The notes under the pieces: generated by a model
Databases searched by the model: none
Seen by the model: only the letters and a program-made list of their open reading frames with translations
What the model was told of the DNA's origin: nothing
Part shown: positions 10,156 through 20,284 of the stretch, one piece after another
How the letters are laid out: each line of letters begins with the position of its first letter
How positions within the stretch are numbered: position 1 is the first letter of the stretch
Position numbers and translations under genes: made by a program
Source: Candidatus Hodarchaeota archaeon
GTDB taxonomy: Archaea > Asgardarchaeota > Lokiarchaeia > Sigyniarchaeales > SOKP01
NCBI GenBank assembly: GCA_048886685.1
Contig: JBHLKM010000008.1
Location: forward strand, 107,897-171,896
Length of the DNA: 64,000 nucleotides
Direction: 5' to 3'

Positions 10156-11310
10156 TCACTCTATTATAATATTTTCTTCTTTTTTTACTTTATTTGGTAA
10201 ATTTAAAATTATTTCTTCTGCTTCAGTCATTATACTTTGAATTAAATCATGAACCGTTGGTATTGAGTGAATTCTACCAGTAACAACACCTGCGTTCATA
10301 AGACTTTCATTTTCATCCTCATCTACTAGTTTTCTGAAACCCTGCTCTTCTAAAATACGGATTTCATTAGTAGATGGGCAAGGTTTTCCACGATAAAGAT
10401 CTGAAGCTCCCTTTATTGTTTCATCTACAACTTCGAGAGAGGCTTGGTTAATTAAGAACCTCATAGGACCAAATATTCCCCTCCCAACAATCGTGTCGAA
10501 TTCTGTAGCTTTTACAAGCTGTTCTTTCCACATTTGCTCAAAATCTCCTTCTTGAGTAGCGATAAACCTCGTTCCCATTTGAATCCCTATAGCTCCTAAA
10601 GCTAGTGCTGCAGCTAAGGATGCTCCATCAGCAAAACCTCCGGCACCAACAACAGGTAAATTAACAGTTCTAACTACCTCTGGGAGTAGAACCATCGAAG
10701 ACGTGTCTCTCCAAGCGCAATGAGCTCCGCCTTCCCTTCCTGATGCAATAATTATATCTACACCAGATCTTTCAGCCCTTTTTGCTCCCCGAACATTTGG
10801 GCAGACTTGACACCATATTATTGAAGGTAATTCATTCTTAATTTCAAAGAATGCTCTTTTTGAACCCTTTTCTCTCGCATTTATAGCCCAAGGAAGGGGA
10901 TCACCAGCGGAAGTCACCATAACTTTTAATTTTTTCTTCACTTCAGGGTTTTCTTCAAATATTTCTTTAACTGCGAACATGAATTGTCTTGAGACCATAG
11001 TAAATTCTTTAGCAATTGGGATGTTAACACCAAATACTGCCTCTGGATAATCTTGGAGTTTTTCATAAACGTATCTTATCGTCTGTTTGAGGACATTTTT
11101 AGCACTTCCTCCTTCCCCAAAATTGAGTTTTCGGTCTTCTTCAGGTATAAAGTTCACATCTGGTCCCGCCATACCAATTGTTGAGATTAAACCTAATCCC
11201 CCTTCTTTAGCTACAGCGATACATAGTTTTGTTGTTGCGTAGGGCCCCATTCCTGCCTGTATAATAGGATATTTCGTCCCAATTATTTCTTGGAATTTTG
11301 TTAGTATCAT
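10156..11310 (-). CDS. Nitronate monooxygenase / FabK-like FMN oxidoreductase (paralog 2), co-operonic with thiolase
   Basis: YPIIQAGMG, GREGGAH, VVGAGGF, QMGTRF; 6-nt gap to thiolase. Confidence 0.85.
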   Translation of the reverse strand: MILTKFQEIIGTKYPIIQAGMGPYATTKLCIAVAKEGGLGLISTIGMAGPDVNFIPEEDRKLNFGEGGSAKNVLKQTIRYVYEKLQDYPEAVFGVNIPIAKEFTMVSRQFMFAVKEIFEENPEVKKKLKVMVTSAGDPLPWAINAREKGSKRAFFEIKNELPSIIWCQVCPNVRGAKRAERSGVDIIIASGREGGAHCAWRDTSSMVLLPEVVRTVNLPVVGAGGFADGASLAAALALGAIGIQMGTRFIATQEGDFEQMWKEQLVKATEFDTIVGRGIFGPMRFLINQASLEVVDETIKGASDLYRGKPCPSTNEIRILEEQGFRKLVDEDENESLMNAGVVTGRIHSIPTVHDLIQSIMTEAEEIILNLPNKVKKEENIIIE

Positions 11311-11581
11311 TTTTATTCATAAATTTAGTTTTTTCAAAAAATTATCAATTCAAAATGTATTTAATTAAATAAATTTTATACTGTTTCTGTATAAAAACTT
11401 TAAACTTGTGATGACTATATTAATCCTAAAAATTTTTAATCTAGTCTCTTGAACTTTAACTCACTGTATAGAATTTCCATTTAAAAAAATAAGAAATTTA
11501 ATAAAAAATACGATTCAAAATGTAATTATATAAATCTTGCTTATAAAAAAGCATAGTTTATACAAATAGTGACTAAATTTC

Positions 11582-12472
11582 ATGGTATTAGAATCTAAAA
11601 AATTAAAATTCTATGCTGATGTTTTTGCCTGGTTTCCTAATAGGCAAATCAAGAAAATCTCAACAGGAAATGGGATTTATTATCAACCTTGTATTCATCC
11701 TAAAGGAACACATGTGTTATATAGTGGAAATTCATCGGGAGTACCGCGAATATGGAAAGGAAATCTCATTACTGGAGAAGTTTCTCCTCTATCTCCAGCA
11801 AATTCGGGAGCACGTCATCCAGTTTTTTCATGGGACGGAAAAAAAATAGCCTTTGCATCAGATAGAGCTTCAGATCAAAATCCTGAGCAAGTGAAAGATA
11901 TGGGTCCTGATGGAGCTCCACCTCGAGATTTAACTTTAAATATCTTCATAATGGATGCTGATGGTACAAATGTTACTCAATTAACTTCTGGCTCATATCA
12001 AGATCAACGTCCATGTTTTAGTCCCGATGGTAAAAAAATTGCATTTGTGTCTACTCGTTCAGGCCCATATCCAGACCTTTGGGTGATTCCAAGTGATGGA
12101 AATACAGAACCTCAAAAATTATTAAAGCAGGGATGGGGTTATCGTCCTTGGTATTCAATTAATGGAAAATTAATATATTTCTTCACAGGCATTAACAATA
12201 GGCATCAAATCTGTCAAATATCTTCTGAAGGAGGAACTCCTATACCACTAGTCAATGACGACCAGGGAAAAAGTCATGGTCCTTTCTCAGATCCCGGTGG
12301 TGAATATCTTTTGATGCATTCTACTCGCGGAGGAAGCTGGGGAATATGGGAATTACCCCTTGATGGAAGCCCACCTCGTTCTCTTCAACCTCCTGGATTT
12401 CAGAACGCTACACACCCAACTAAAGCGAAGAATGGTAATATTACTTTTGATGTTGTGAGGTATAAGAAATAA
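11582..12472 (+). CDS. TolB-like / PD40-repeat beta-propeller protein
   Basis: Repeated PVFSWDGKKIAFAS, PCFSPDGKKIAFVS, PWYSINGK, PFSDPGG units. Confidence 0.8.
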   Translation: MVLESKKLKFYADVFAWFPNRQIKKISTGNGIYYQPCIHPKGTHVLYSGNSSGVPRIWKGNLITGEVSPLSPANSGARHPVFSWDGKKIAFASDRASDQNPEQVKDMGPDGAPPRDLTLNIFIMDADGTNVTQLTSGSYQDQRPCFSPDGKKIAFVSTRSGPYPDLWVIPSDGNTEPQKLLKQGWGYRPWYSINGKLIYFFTGINNRHQICQISSEGGTPIPLVNDDQGKSHGPFSDPGGEYLLMHSTRGGSWGIWELPLDGSPPRSLQPPGFQNATHPTKAKNGNITFDVVRYKK

Positions 12473-12491
12473 TAAAGTGGTTTAAAACCTA

Positions 12492-13616
12492 TTATTGTTT
12501 AATTATGACTCTATTACTAGCTTTCTCTTGTACCACTTTTTCTCCAATGATAGCTATCCTCCTTGATAATTCAGAGATTTTCCATCTTTCATGGTCTTTC
12601 ACATATGTACAAAAAGTGTCCTGCAAAGGATCTTTCCATTTTCCAGGAATTTTATCAGCTCCATATATGACACCCATAAGTGCTCCGATATTACCACAAT
12701 TACAATCAGTATCATAACCCATCATTGCTGCAATACAAATAGAGCGACCAAACGGATCCTCCTTATCTTGAGCCCCAAATAGAAGTGAAAGTATTATTAT
12801 TCCGATATTTGGTAATGTATGAATCATTGCTAAACCTGTATTTAGGATGATACGCCTTACTAAATCCCTTTGGAAAACTAAAGATGAATCAAGCGTTTTA
12901 TTTACCATTTCTTCAATCCAATATTCCTTAGTTAAAATCTGTCTTGCCGCCCTAAAATCGGTCTTATTATTCTCATAAATATCGATTGCCTTCATTACCA
13001 TTTGAGTATATAAACTATCCTTTTCAGGAGGGATGTATTTAAGGGCATTATTGATGTTCTTCCTTATATCTGATTCAAAAAAAGCTTGAGATATCAAAAC
13101 AGCAAGAAAGACCTCTCCTTCTATCCCAATTCCCGCGTGAGAAATACAGCCATCAATTTCAGCGTATTCTTTAGCTATTTCTGGGCATCCTGGAGTAATT
13201 TGTCCCCAAATATCGGCTCGCATCTGAGCTCCTATAAAATCATAATAGAAATTATTAAGGATTCCAGATTTAGGTGGCAAGATTCCAGCTTCAAGATTAT
13301 CATATGCAATTTTTTCGGCAGTAAAGATATTATCTCTTCTACTGAGAAGGTTTAACCATTCTTGACCAATTTGCTGCGAAGTAATATTAATGCCATACTT
13401 TTCCATAGCGAGTAAAGCAACAATTTCATACATCTCGTCATCGTTTACATGATTTAAATCTATTGGTTCAGGATAATCTGTTATATCCCCATATTTACCC
13501 AAAATTTCTTCGTAACCTTTTCCCTCTACTGGTGCACCAACAAAATCCCCAGTAACTCTACCAATCCAGGACCCTAAAACTCTATTATAATATTCATTCG
13601 AACTTAATTCCATCAT
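12492..13616 (-). CDS. ADP-ribosylglycohydrolase family protein
   Basis: GDFVGAPVE, NDD, GAQMRAD, SH, GYDTDCN Mg-binding motifs. Confidence 0.88.
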   Translation of the reverse strand: MMELSSNEYYNRVLGSWIGRVTGDFVGAPVEGKGYEEILGKYGDITDYPEPIDLNHVNDDEMYEIVALLAMEKYGINITSQQIGQEWLNLLSRRDNIFTAEKIAYDNLEAGILPPKSGILNNFYYDFIGAQMRADIWGQITPGCPEIAKEYAEIDGCISHAGIGIEGEVFLAVLISQAFFESDIRKNINNALKYIPPEKDSLYTQMVMKAIDIYENNKTDFRAARQILTKEYWIEEMVNKTLDSSLVFQRDLVRRIILNTGLAMIHTLPNIGIIILSLLFGAQDKEDPFGRSICIAAMMGYDTDCNCGNIGALMGVIYGADKIPGKWKDPLQDTFCTYVKDHERWKISELSRRIAIIGEKVVQEKASNRVIIKQ

Positions 13617-13676
13617 AAAACAATCATCTATTCTTTTTATTCTTCATATCCTTCATTATTATTGTTTGTCATATAA

Positions 13677-14162
13677 TTAAGGCGCAAAGCTTGAGCGCAT
13701 CTTTATACCCCAATGCCCTTCTTGATTAGTAATAATCCAAAGGGAAGGAAAAACACCTATTTTACTACCATCATTTCTGTATCGTGAGAATTGAATTTGG
13801 AGATGTACTTTATTTGGATCGCTTTGAATCACACGACGATAATCCCAACAACTGTGATTCCACCCATATTCATTTATGAACCATTCGAAAAAATTTTCGT
13901 TTGAGATTGGGGGTTTTTCAGTAACGATTAATTTTCCCCCTTTCCCGACACGAGCGTGAGGGAAATTGCACGCATCTGAACAGCCATTGTTATCTTGGTT
14001 ATTAAAATTATTCATGAAAGATATAGCAGTTTCAACTGCCTTCTCTTCAAACTCATTGTTCACGACTGTTAAAACTTTTGTTGTTTCAAGACAATCCTCT
14101 GTTATTTTTTCTATAGTGATTAGTTCTTTAGGATATTGATTATTATTCTTTTCATGGCTCAA
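13677..14162 (-). CDS. NTF2/SnoaL-like small protein
   Basis: ACNFPH, KVHLQIQFSRYRNDG..SLWIIT..GHWGI pattern of an NTF2-like fold; TTG start. Confidence 0.55.
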   Translation of the reverse strand: MSHEKNNNQYPKELITIEKITEDCLETTKVLTVVNNEFEEKAVETAISFMNNFNNQDNNGCSDACNFPHARVGKGGKLIVTEKPPISNENFFEWFINEYGWNHSCWDYRRVIQSDPNKVHLQIQFSRYRNDGSKIGVFPSLWIITNQEGHWGIKMRSSFAP

Positions 14163-14194
14163 TTTTATTCACTAATTTATTATATAAATATAAT

Positions 14195-15400
14195 CTATAG
14201 TTCCCCCTTGTTTTTGAGAAATTCCTTATCTTTATCAATGTAGTATACCCAAGCATTACGAGACATTAAACAGGAATCTTCAGCACCTAGATTTTTTAAC
14301 AGTTCAATACGTAATTTCCGTGATTCAATATTTTCTGGAGATGCTTGTATTAACACATCTAAGACTTCTAGCGCTAATTGTACTTGATCTTGATCAAAGA
14401 GTTCTTGTGCTCTCTTTAAAATTTTATCTGAATCTCCTATAAGATTGTACAGTTCCCCCATGACCTCTTTCTCTGGTCTTGGAAGGAGATGCGCAGGGTT
14501 ATCATCAAAATAACCATGATACCAGCGATATACATTAAACACAAAAAACTCTACCCTTGAATAATATGGTCCCAAGTAGGGTGTTTTTGCGAGGTGATCT
14601 GGAAGCTTAATTTTATGGATCATTTCTGTTATATGTGTTCCCTTATTAATATGATCAACCACTTGGTCGTGGAGGGAGTGGATAGCTTCAATATTATAAT
14701 CTAAAATTGTACGTGCTTTAGTTCCCTTATAGAAATAACCGGCGCCATTACAAAATATATATTTCGGATTCTCAGCTCGTACTGCTTCTAATGCTTTTGC
14801 CCAATCTAATGCAAACCGGGTAGGTTTCCATGGATTGCCAATATTTGGTAGTCCATAGATAATAAGATCTCCTATAAACGCAGCTTTTAATTCTGGTACA
14901 TATACCCATACCGCATCATCTGTTTCAGCTCTAACAGCATGAAGTTCAAAGGTTTTATCCCCAAGTGTTATGGTCATATCTCCTAAAAAGGTTTTAGTGG
15001 GGTACACAAATTCCCGAGGTCTAACAATTTCTGGAATATTGAATTGTACTGCTGATGTATGAGCTCTGTGGGGAGCAAGCATTTTATATTTCTCAAATCG
15101 ATCTGGTAAATATTTGCTAGCGATAATTTCTGGATTATCTTTTAAATACGCTGCAGTCCCTCCAGTATGATCACCGTGTCCATGGGTATAAATGATATAT
15201 TTAATTGTTCCTTTAATTCTTTTGAAGACTTCCTTTGCGACATTAACTCTTGCTATTGTATCAATTAATACAACTCCTTCAGTAGTTTCTACCCACGCAC
15301 AACCGGCTATTGGTAGTCGAGCAATATGAACATCCTTTATAGGATCCTCAAATTCAGCATTTGGGGCACCCAAAATCCGTCTAGGTTTAATTTCATTCAT
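14195..15400 (-). CDS. Alkyl sulfatase (SdsA-like MBL fold plus dimerisation domain), paralog 1
   Basis: THGHGDH, AETDD, PNIGNP, YRWYHGYFDDNPAHL. Confidence 0.8.
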   Translation of the reverse strand: MNEIKPRRILGAPNAEFEDPIKDVHIARLPIAGCAWVETTEGVVLIDTIARVNVAKEVFKRIKGTIKYIIYTHGHGDHTGGTAAYLKDNPEIIASKYLPDRFEKYKMLAPHRAHTSAVQFNIPEIVRPREFVYPTKTFLGDMTITLGDKTFELHAVRAETDDAVWVYVPELKAAFIGDLIIYGLPNIGNPWKPTRFALDWAKALEAVRAENPKYIFCNGAGYFYKGTKARTILDYNIEAIHSLHDQVVDHINKGTHITEMIHKIKLPDHLAKTPYLGPYYSRVEFFVFNVYRWYHGYFDDNPAHLLPRPEKEVMGELYNLIGDSDKILKRAQELFDQDQVQLALEVLDVLIQASPENIESRKLRIELLKNLGAEDSCLMSRNAWVYYIDKDKEFLKNKGEL

Positions 15401-15454
15401 TTTTAATATCCCCTTTAATAGAGTTTAATAATATATATTGGTCTAAATTTAATA

Positions 15455-16495
15455 TTATTTTTTATTTAGTCCTTCATTAATCCTTTCCCATACAACCTCA
15501 ATTGGTAGTGGTTGATAAGGAACCTTTTTAAATTGCTCTTTACAAAGTTTATAGATCATTCTATTATAAGGAATCTCAATTTGTAATGAATCTGCCAATT
15601 TTATCAAATATCCAGTTAAGGATTCAAGCTCAGATTGGTTTTTCTTTCGATGGATCATATCTTGAGCCATACTATTAAACCATGAGTATTTAAGGTTTCG
15701 ACCAAAATTCTTAATTGCTGTTACTTTATCGAGATTTCTACCTAATTCCATTATGTTCCAAGAAGGTAGTCCCTTTAATTCAAACTCTTTATATCCGGCA
15801 GCTTTTACAACCTTCACTCCCTCAAGGTATACATTCATAAAAATTTTCCACAGCGTAAAAATCGCATCATCATCTTTAAGTTCTGAACTTATTAGTGTAA
15901 AAGTTGCATTTGAAAGGTTTATTATTAATTTTGAATGAGCTGCATCTTGAAATTGTTGTGTTGTTCTTGTTGGTATTCCAAGATTTAAAATTTGTGCAAT
16001 TTTATTTATAAGTTCCGGATTTTCATTTTCAGGAGTTCCAAGAGTGAGGTATCCTTTACCTCGAGTTCTAAATATCCCTGGTTCTTCCCGCCAACCAGAC
16101 TGCACGACAACAGCATAAACAATTTTCGTAAAGTATTTAGGTAAAACTCGTTGGTTCTCGAATCCATTTTGTAATCCCACGATAATTGGTTTATCTCCTA
16201 ATTTTTCGAAAATATCTTTGGCTACTACCTCTAAATCATAGTTTTTAACTGTGATTACTACAATATCAATATTAGTAATTTCATTTAAATCTTCTATAAC
16301 TTTAACTTTTATGGGTTCGGGATTGTCCTTTCCCCTTTCATTAAGAATTAAACCATTAGTTTTAAGCGCTTTCGCATTGTCACCCCTCGCTAATAAGTAA
16401 ATATTTTCATATCCTTGCGTTAGCCATCCTCCAAGGGTCGCACCAATTCCACCAATTCCGTAAATAACTAATTTTAATGAATTAATTGTGTTCAC
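15455..16495 (-). CDS. Ketopantoate reductase (ApbA/PanE) family protein
   Basis: GIGGIG, VKNYD, LQNG, KLIIN, SMAQD..SELE. Confidence 0.8.
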   Translation of the reverse strand: MNTINSLKLVIYGIGGIGATLGGWLTQGYENIYLLARGDNAKALKTNGLILNERGKDNPEPIKVKVIEDLNEITNIDIVVITVKNYDLEVVAKDIFEKLGDKPIIVGLQNGFENQRVLPKYFTKIVYAVVVQSGWREEPGIFRTRGKGYLTLGTPENENPELINKIAQILNLGIPTRTTQQFQDAAHSKLIINLSNATFTLISSELKDDDAIFTLWKIFMNVYLEGVKVVKAAGYKEFELKGLPSWNIMELGRNLDKVTAIKNFGRNLKYSWFNSMAQDMIHRKKNQSELESLTGYLIKLADSLQIEIPYNRMIYKLCKEQFKKVPYQPLPIEVVWERINEGLNKK

Positions 16496-16642
16496 TTCAG
16501 ATATTATTCCATTTATATAAAATTGAATAATGAAGAAATAGATTAAAACTTACGGAACTAAAGTATTAATTGAAAATCTCTAACTTTAATACATTTTCTT
16601 AATTATTTTAATCAATATTAAATAGTTATTTGTGAGGTAAAA

Positions 16643-17692
16643 ATGGTATTAGAAACAAATATAACCAAAATGTTAGGGATTAAACACCCTATTATTGCCG
16701 CTCCAATGGGACCTTTCTATACAACTGAGCTGACAATTGCAATTTCAGAAGCAGGTGGACTTGGTGTCTTAAGTCATAGTGCTTTGTTAAGTGATTATCA
16801 GAAAGGAAGAAATCCCATCGAGATTATGAAAGAAAATATGTTACGGGTAGTTGAGCATACCGATAAGCCTTTTGGATTTAATGTAAGGACTTCACGTAGG
16901 GAAATAGCTGCCCCACAATTAGTTACAGAAATTCCAAGATTTATTATGGAAAATCAGAGGGTAAAAGAACAATGTGTTTATGCCATTACTAGCGCAGGGT
17001 CTTCAAAAACATTACCAATGTCAAAAGATTACCAAAAATTAAAGGAAACTGGATCACAAATTAAACATTTTCATGTTGCTCCTGCATTATGGCTTGCTGA
17101 AAAGTGTGTTGCTTCAGGAGTAGATGGAATGGTAGTCACTGGGGGTGAAGGTGGAGGTCACCAATCGTATGAAAAAGTGAGTACCTTAGTCTTGTTGCAA
17201 CAAATTATGCAGAAGTATCCAGACTTTCCTGTAGTAGCATGTGGAGGATTTGCCACAGGTGAAGGACTAGCAGCTGCTCTAGCAATGGGAGCAGGCGCTA
17301 TTGCAATGGGTTCACGTTTTATAGCTTCAGATGATAGTGAATTTAGTAATGAGTATAAAAATATTGTTCCTCCAGCAAAGGCTCAAGATACTATATTGGT
17401 AACAGGATCTTTAGGACCAATTCGTTTATGGAAAAACGAATATTCGTTGCATCACGGCCTAGTAGCTGATAAAGATGCGAAAATAGCTCAAGAACAAGCC
17501 ATGTCACAAGCAGACTTAGTTGAAGAAATGAAGGCATACGAAGCAGCTTATAAGGGGGATACTACAGGAGCTGTTCTCTTAGGACAGAGTATTGGACTAA
17601 TTCATAGCGTGGAAAATGTCAAGAAAATTGTTGATGAAATAGTTGATGATGCAGAAAAACGTTTGAGAAATGCTTATGGATTTTTAAAATAA
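16643..17692 (+). CDS. Nitronate monooxygenase / FabK-like FMN oxidoreductase (paralog 3, close to paralog 1)
   Basis: Shares HFHVAPALWLA and GGEGGGHQSYE with 785..1837; SD GAGGT. Confidence 0.85.
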   Translation: MVLETNITKMLGIKHPIIAAPMGPFYTTELTIAISEAGGLGVLSHSALLSDYQKGRNPIEIMKENMLRVVEHTDKPFGFNVRTSRREIAAPQLVTEIPRFIMENQRVKEQCVYAITSAGSSKTLPMSKDYQKLKETGSQIKHFHVAPALWLAEKCVASGVDGMVVTGGEGGGHQSYEKVSTLVLLQQIMQKYPDFPVVACGGFATGEGLAAALAMGAGAIAMGSRFIASDDSEFSNEYKNIVPPAKAQDTILVTGSLGPIRLWKNEYSLHHGLVADKDAKIAQEQAMSQADLVEEMKAYEAAYKGDTTGAVLLGQSIGLIHSVENVKKIVDEIVDDAEKRLRNAYGFLK

Positions 17693-17712
17693 GCAAAATA
17701 CTAGTTCTATAA

Positions 17713-17727
17713 TTTTTTTTTTTTTTT
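17713..17727 (+). terminator. Oligo-T (T15) tract, archaeal-type terminator candidate
   Basis: 15 consecutive T about 20 nt after the stop of the upstream gene. Confidence 0.4.
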
Positions 17728-17761
17728 AATTAAATTATGAAAATGAAGGTGTTAACTTAAG

Positions 17762-18928
17762 ATGGTAGATGTTAAAAATATTGTAGTAATCGGTGTCGGC
17801 TTAATGGGTAATGGAATTGCCCAAATATCAATGATGGCAGGATACACCACAACACTTGTCGATATTTCTCAAGAAATCATTGATAAAGCTGTTGCTGGTA
17901 TTGAAGGTGGACTAAATAAACTTGAATCTAAAGGAATATTAAAAGTTGCAGAAGTTTTGATACGAATGAAAACGAGTTTAGATCTAGCTTCAGCGGTAAA
18001 GGATGCAGATTTAATTATAGAAGCAGTAGTAGAAGATATGGATGTGAAGAAAAAGATCTTTAAAACCTGTGATGATAATGCCCCTCCTCATGCAGTAATT
18101 GCTTCAAACACATCAACAATGTCTATAACTGAAATGGCAACTGCTACTAATAGACCAGATAAATGTATTGGTATGCATTTTTTCAATCCGGCACCATTAA
18201 TGCGATTAATAGAAGTTATTGCTGGTGAAAAATCTTCTGATGAAGCAATGGAAATTGGTATGAAGGTCAGCGAAAGTTTGCCATGCCTAAGAGGAGACCG
18301 ATACGTTGCAAAAGTTTTAAAGGACCGACCTGGTTTCATTGTCAATAGGTTGAATGCTCCAGGCGGGATCTATATGAATTATCTTCTTGACACTTGCTTA
18401 GAAAAAGGAATTCCTTTTGAATCTCTAGATGCTGATTTTGGAAGTCGCGGTCCAATGTCTCCACTGGTTCTTTCAGACTATACAGGTATTGATACAGGGT
18501 ATCATGTTCGTAATTATTATGCAGATACTTTACATGAAGACTTTAGACCTGGAAAAGTAATAACCAAAATGTTTAATGAAGCAAAATTTGGCAGAAAAAC
18601 GGGGCAAGGATTTTATGATTGGACTAATGGAAGACCACAGCCAGATTTCTCTAAAATCGAAAAAGCTGGATTAGTAGATTCTAGAATTGGCCTTGCTATC
18701 CGTCTAAATGAAGGATGTAGAATATTAGAAGAAGGAATTGCTTCTGGTTGGAAAGTAATAGATGATGCAAATATGGCAGGTATGAATGCACCAGGACCTT
18801 TTGAATACGGAATTAAAAATTGGCAAGAACTTGTTAAAGTTTTAGAAGAATTTGCTGAAGAAATTGGTAGTGAATATCTTAAACCATGTGAACTGTTTAA
18901 AAGCGGAAAATTTATAGATATGAAATAA
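17762..18928 (+). CDS. 3-hydroxyacyl-CoA dehydrogenase with duplicated C-terminal domain
   Basis: GVGLMGNGIA, EAVVE, SNTST, GMHFFNP, PGFIVNR, GRKTGQGFY. Confidence 0.95.
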   Translation: MVDVKNIVVIGVGLMGNGIAQISMMAGYTTTLVDISQEIIDKAVAGIEGGLNKLESKGILKVAEVLIRMKTSLDLASAVKDADLIIEAVVEDMDVKKKIFKTCDDNAPPHAVIASNTSTMSITEMATATNRPDKCIGMHFFNPAPLMRLIEVIAGEKSSDEAMEIGMKVSESLPCLRGDRYVAKVLKDRPGFIVNRLNAPGGIYMNYLLDTCLEKGIPFESLDADFGSRGPMSPLVLSDYTGIDTGYHVRNYYADTLHEDFRPGKVITKMFNEAKFGRKTGQGFYDWTNGRPQPDFSKIEKAGLVDSRIGLAIRLNEGCRILEEGIASGWKVIDDANMAGMNAPGPFEYGIKNWQELVKVLEEFAEEIGSEYLKPCELFKSGKFIDMK

Positions 18929-18981
18929 TTTCCCCTTTTTATTTTTTTTTAACTTTTGATCTAAAAAATGGTGAGGAAATA

Positions 18982-20205
18982 ATGTCAGAAAATTTCAACA
19001 ATCAGGAAGAGATAGTGAATCGAATTGATGTACTTGCACCCAATGTCGTTTATGAGAATCCTATTAAGGATGTTCATACAGTTAGGGCTCCATTATCAAG
19101 TTGTGGGTGGATTCAAACAACCGATGGGGTAGTGTTGATTGACACCTTACTATCTAGAACATGGTCTAAAATGGTTCGAGAACGAATTAAAGATAAAATT
19201 AAATATATAATTTATACACATGGACATCTTGATCACGTGCGTGGAACCAATGTTTTCATGGATGATCAACCTGAAATTATAGCAAGTAAATACTTACCTG
19301 ATCGATTGGATAAATATAAGATGTTAGCTCAATATAAATCTAGGAAGGATGCACAACAATTTGGTTTCCCGGAGGTTATTCCAAAACTAGATGTAATTTA
19401 TCCAACCAAAACATTTCTTGGGGACATGACAATTTTACTCGGTGATAAAACATTCGAACTTCATACAGCACGAGCAGAAACGGATGATGCGCTATGGGTG
19501 TATGTTCCTGAACTTAAGGCTGCATTTATAGGAGATTTAATTATTAGAAGCTTTCCAAATATTGGTAATCCATGGAAACCTACTAGATTTGCGTTAGATT
19601 GGGCAAAAGAATTAGAAAGGATAAAAGAATTAAAGCCTGAATACATTTTTTATGGTGGTGGGGGAATAATGGCTAAAGGTAAAACCGCTATGAAAGCAAT
19701 AAATGATAATATCGAGGTGATTCGTTCTTTACATGACCAAGTTGTTGATTATATAAATCAAGATGTTCATATAACCGAAATGATTCATAAAGTAAAAATT
19801 CCTGATCACCTAAAAGAAAGCCCTTTTCTTCAGGCAAGCTATTCTAGATCTGAATTTTTTACTTTTAATGTATACCGTTGGTATCATGGTTACTTTGATG
19901 GTAATCCGGCCCACCTTTTACCAAGACCAGAAAAAGAGGTTATGGGGGAACTGTACAATCTTATAGGAGATTCATACAAAATTTTAAAAAGAGCACAAGA
20001 CCTTTTAGATAAAAATCGGGCCCAACTTGCATTAGAAGTTTTAGATGTCTTAATTCAAGCAGATCCAGAAAATCTTGATGCTAGAAAGATGAGAATTAAA
20101 CTTTTAGAGAAGATTGGAAAAGATGATTATTGTTTAATGTCTCGAAATGCGTGGGTTTATTTTATTAAAAAGGATAAAGAGTTTATCAAGTCAAAGAAAA
20201 AGTAA
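18982..20205 (+). CDS. Alkyl sulfatase (SdsA-like MBL fold), paralog 2
   Basis: THGHLDH, AETDD, PNIGNPWKPTRFALDWAK shared with 14195..15400. Confidence 0.8.
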   Translation: MSENFNNQEEIVNRIDVLAPNVVYENPIKDVHTVRAPLSSCGWIQTTDGVVLIDTLLSRTWSKMVRERIKDKIKYIIYTHGHLDHVRGTNVFMDDQPEIIASKYLPDRLDKYKMLAQYKSRKDAQQFGFPEVIPKLDVIYPTKTFLGDMTILLGDKTFELHTARAETDDALWVYVPELKAAFIGDLIIRSFPNIGNPWKPTRFALDWAKELERIKELKPEYIFYGGGGIMAKGKTAMKAINDNIEVIRSLHDQVVDYINQDVHITEMIHKVKIPDHLKESPFLQASYSRSEFFTFNVYRWYHGYFDGNPAHLLPRPEKEVMGELYNLIGDSYKILKRAQDLLDKNRAQLALEVLDVLIQADPENLDARKMRIKLLEKIGKDDYCLMSRNAWVYFIKKDKEFIKSKKK

Positions 20206-20284
20206 TAGAATAATTTATTTTCTTTTTTTTTTCTAAGTATTTTAAATCCAGTTTTAACTTTAGATCAATAAAAAGAATAAAGTG

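Noticed and set aside
12492-13616. ADP-ribosylglycohydrolase as a DraG-like nitrogen switch or antitoxin
   Set aside because: No ADP-ribosyltransferase or nif genes in the window, and it lies far from the nitrogen cluster.
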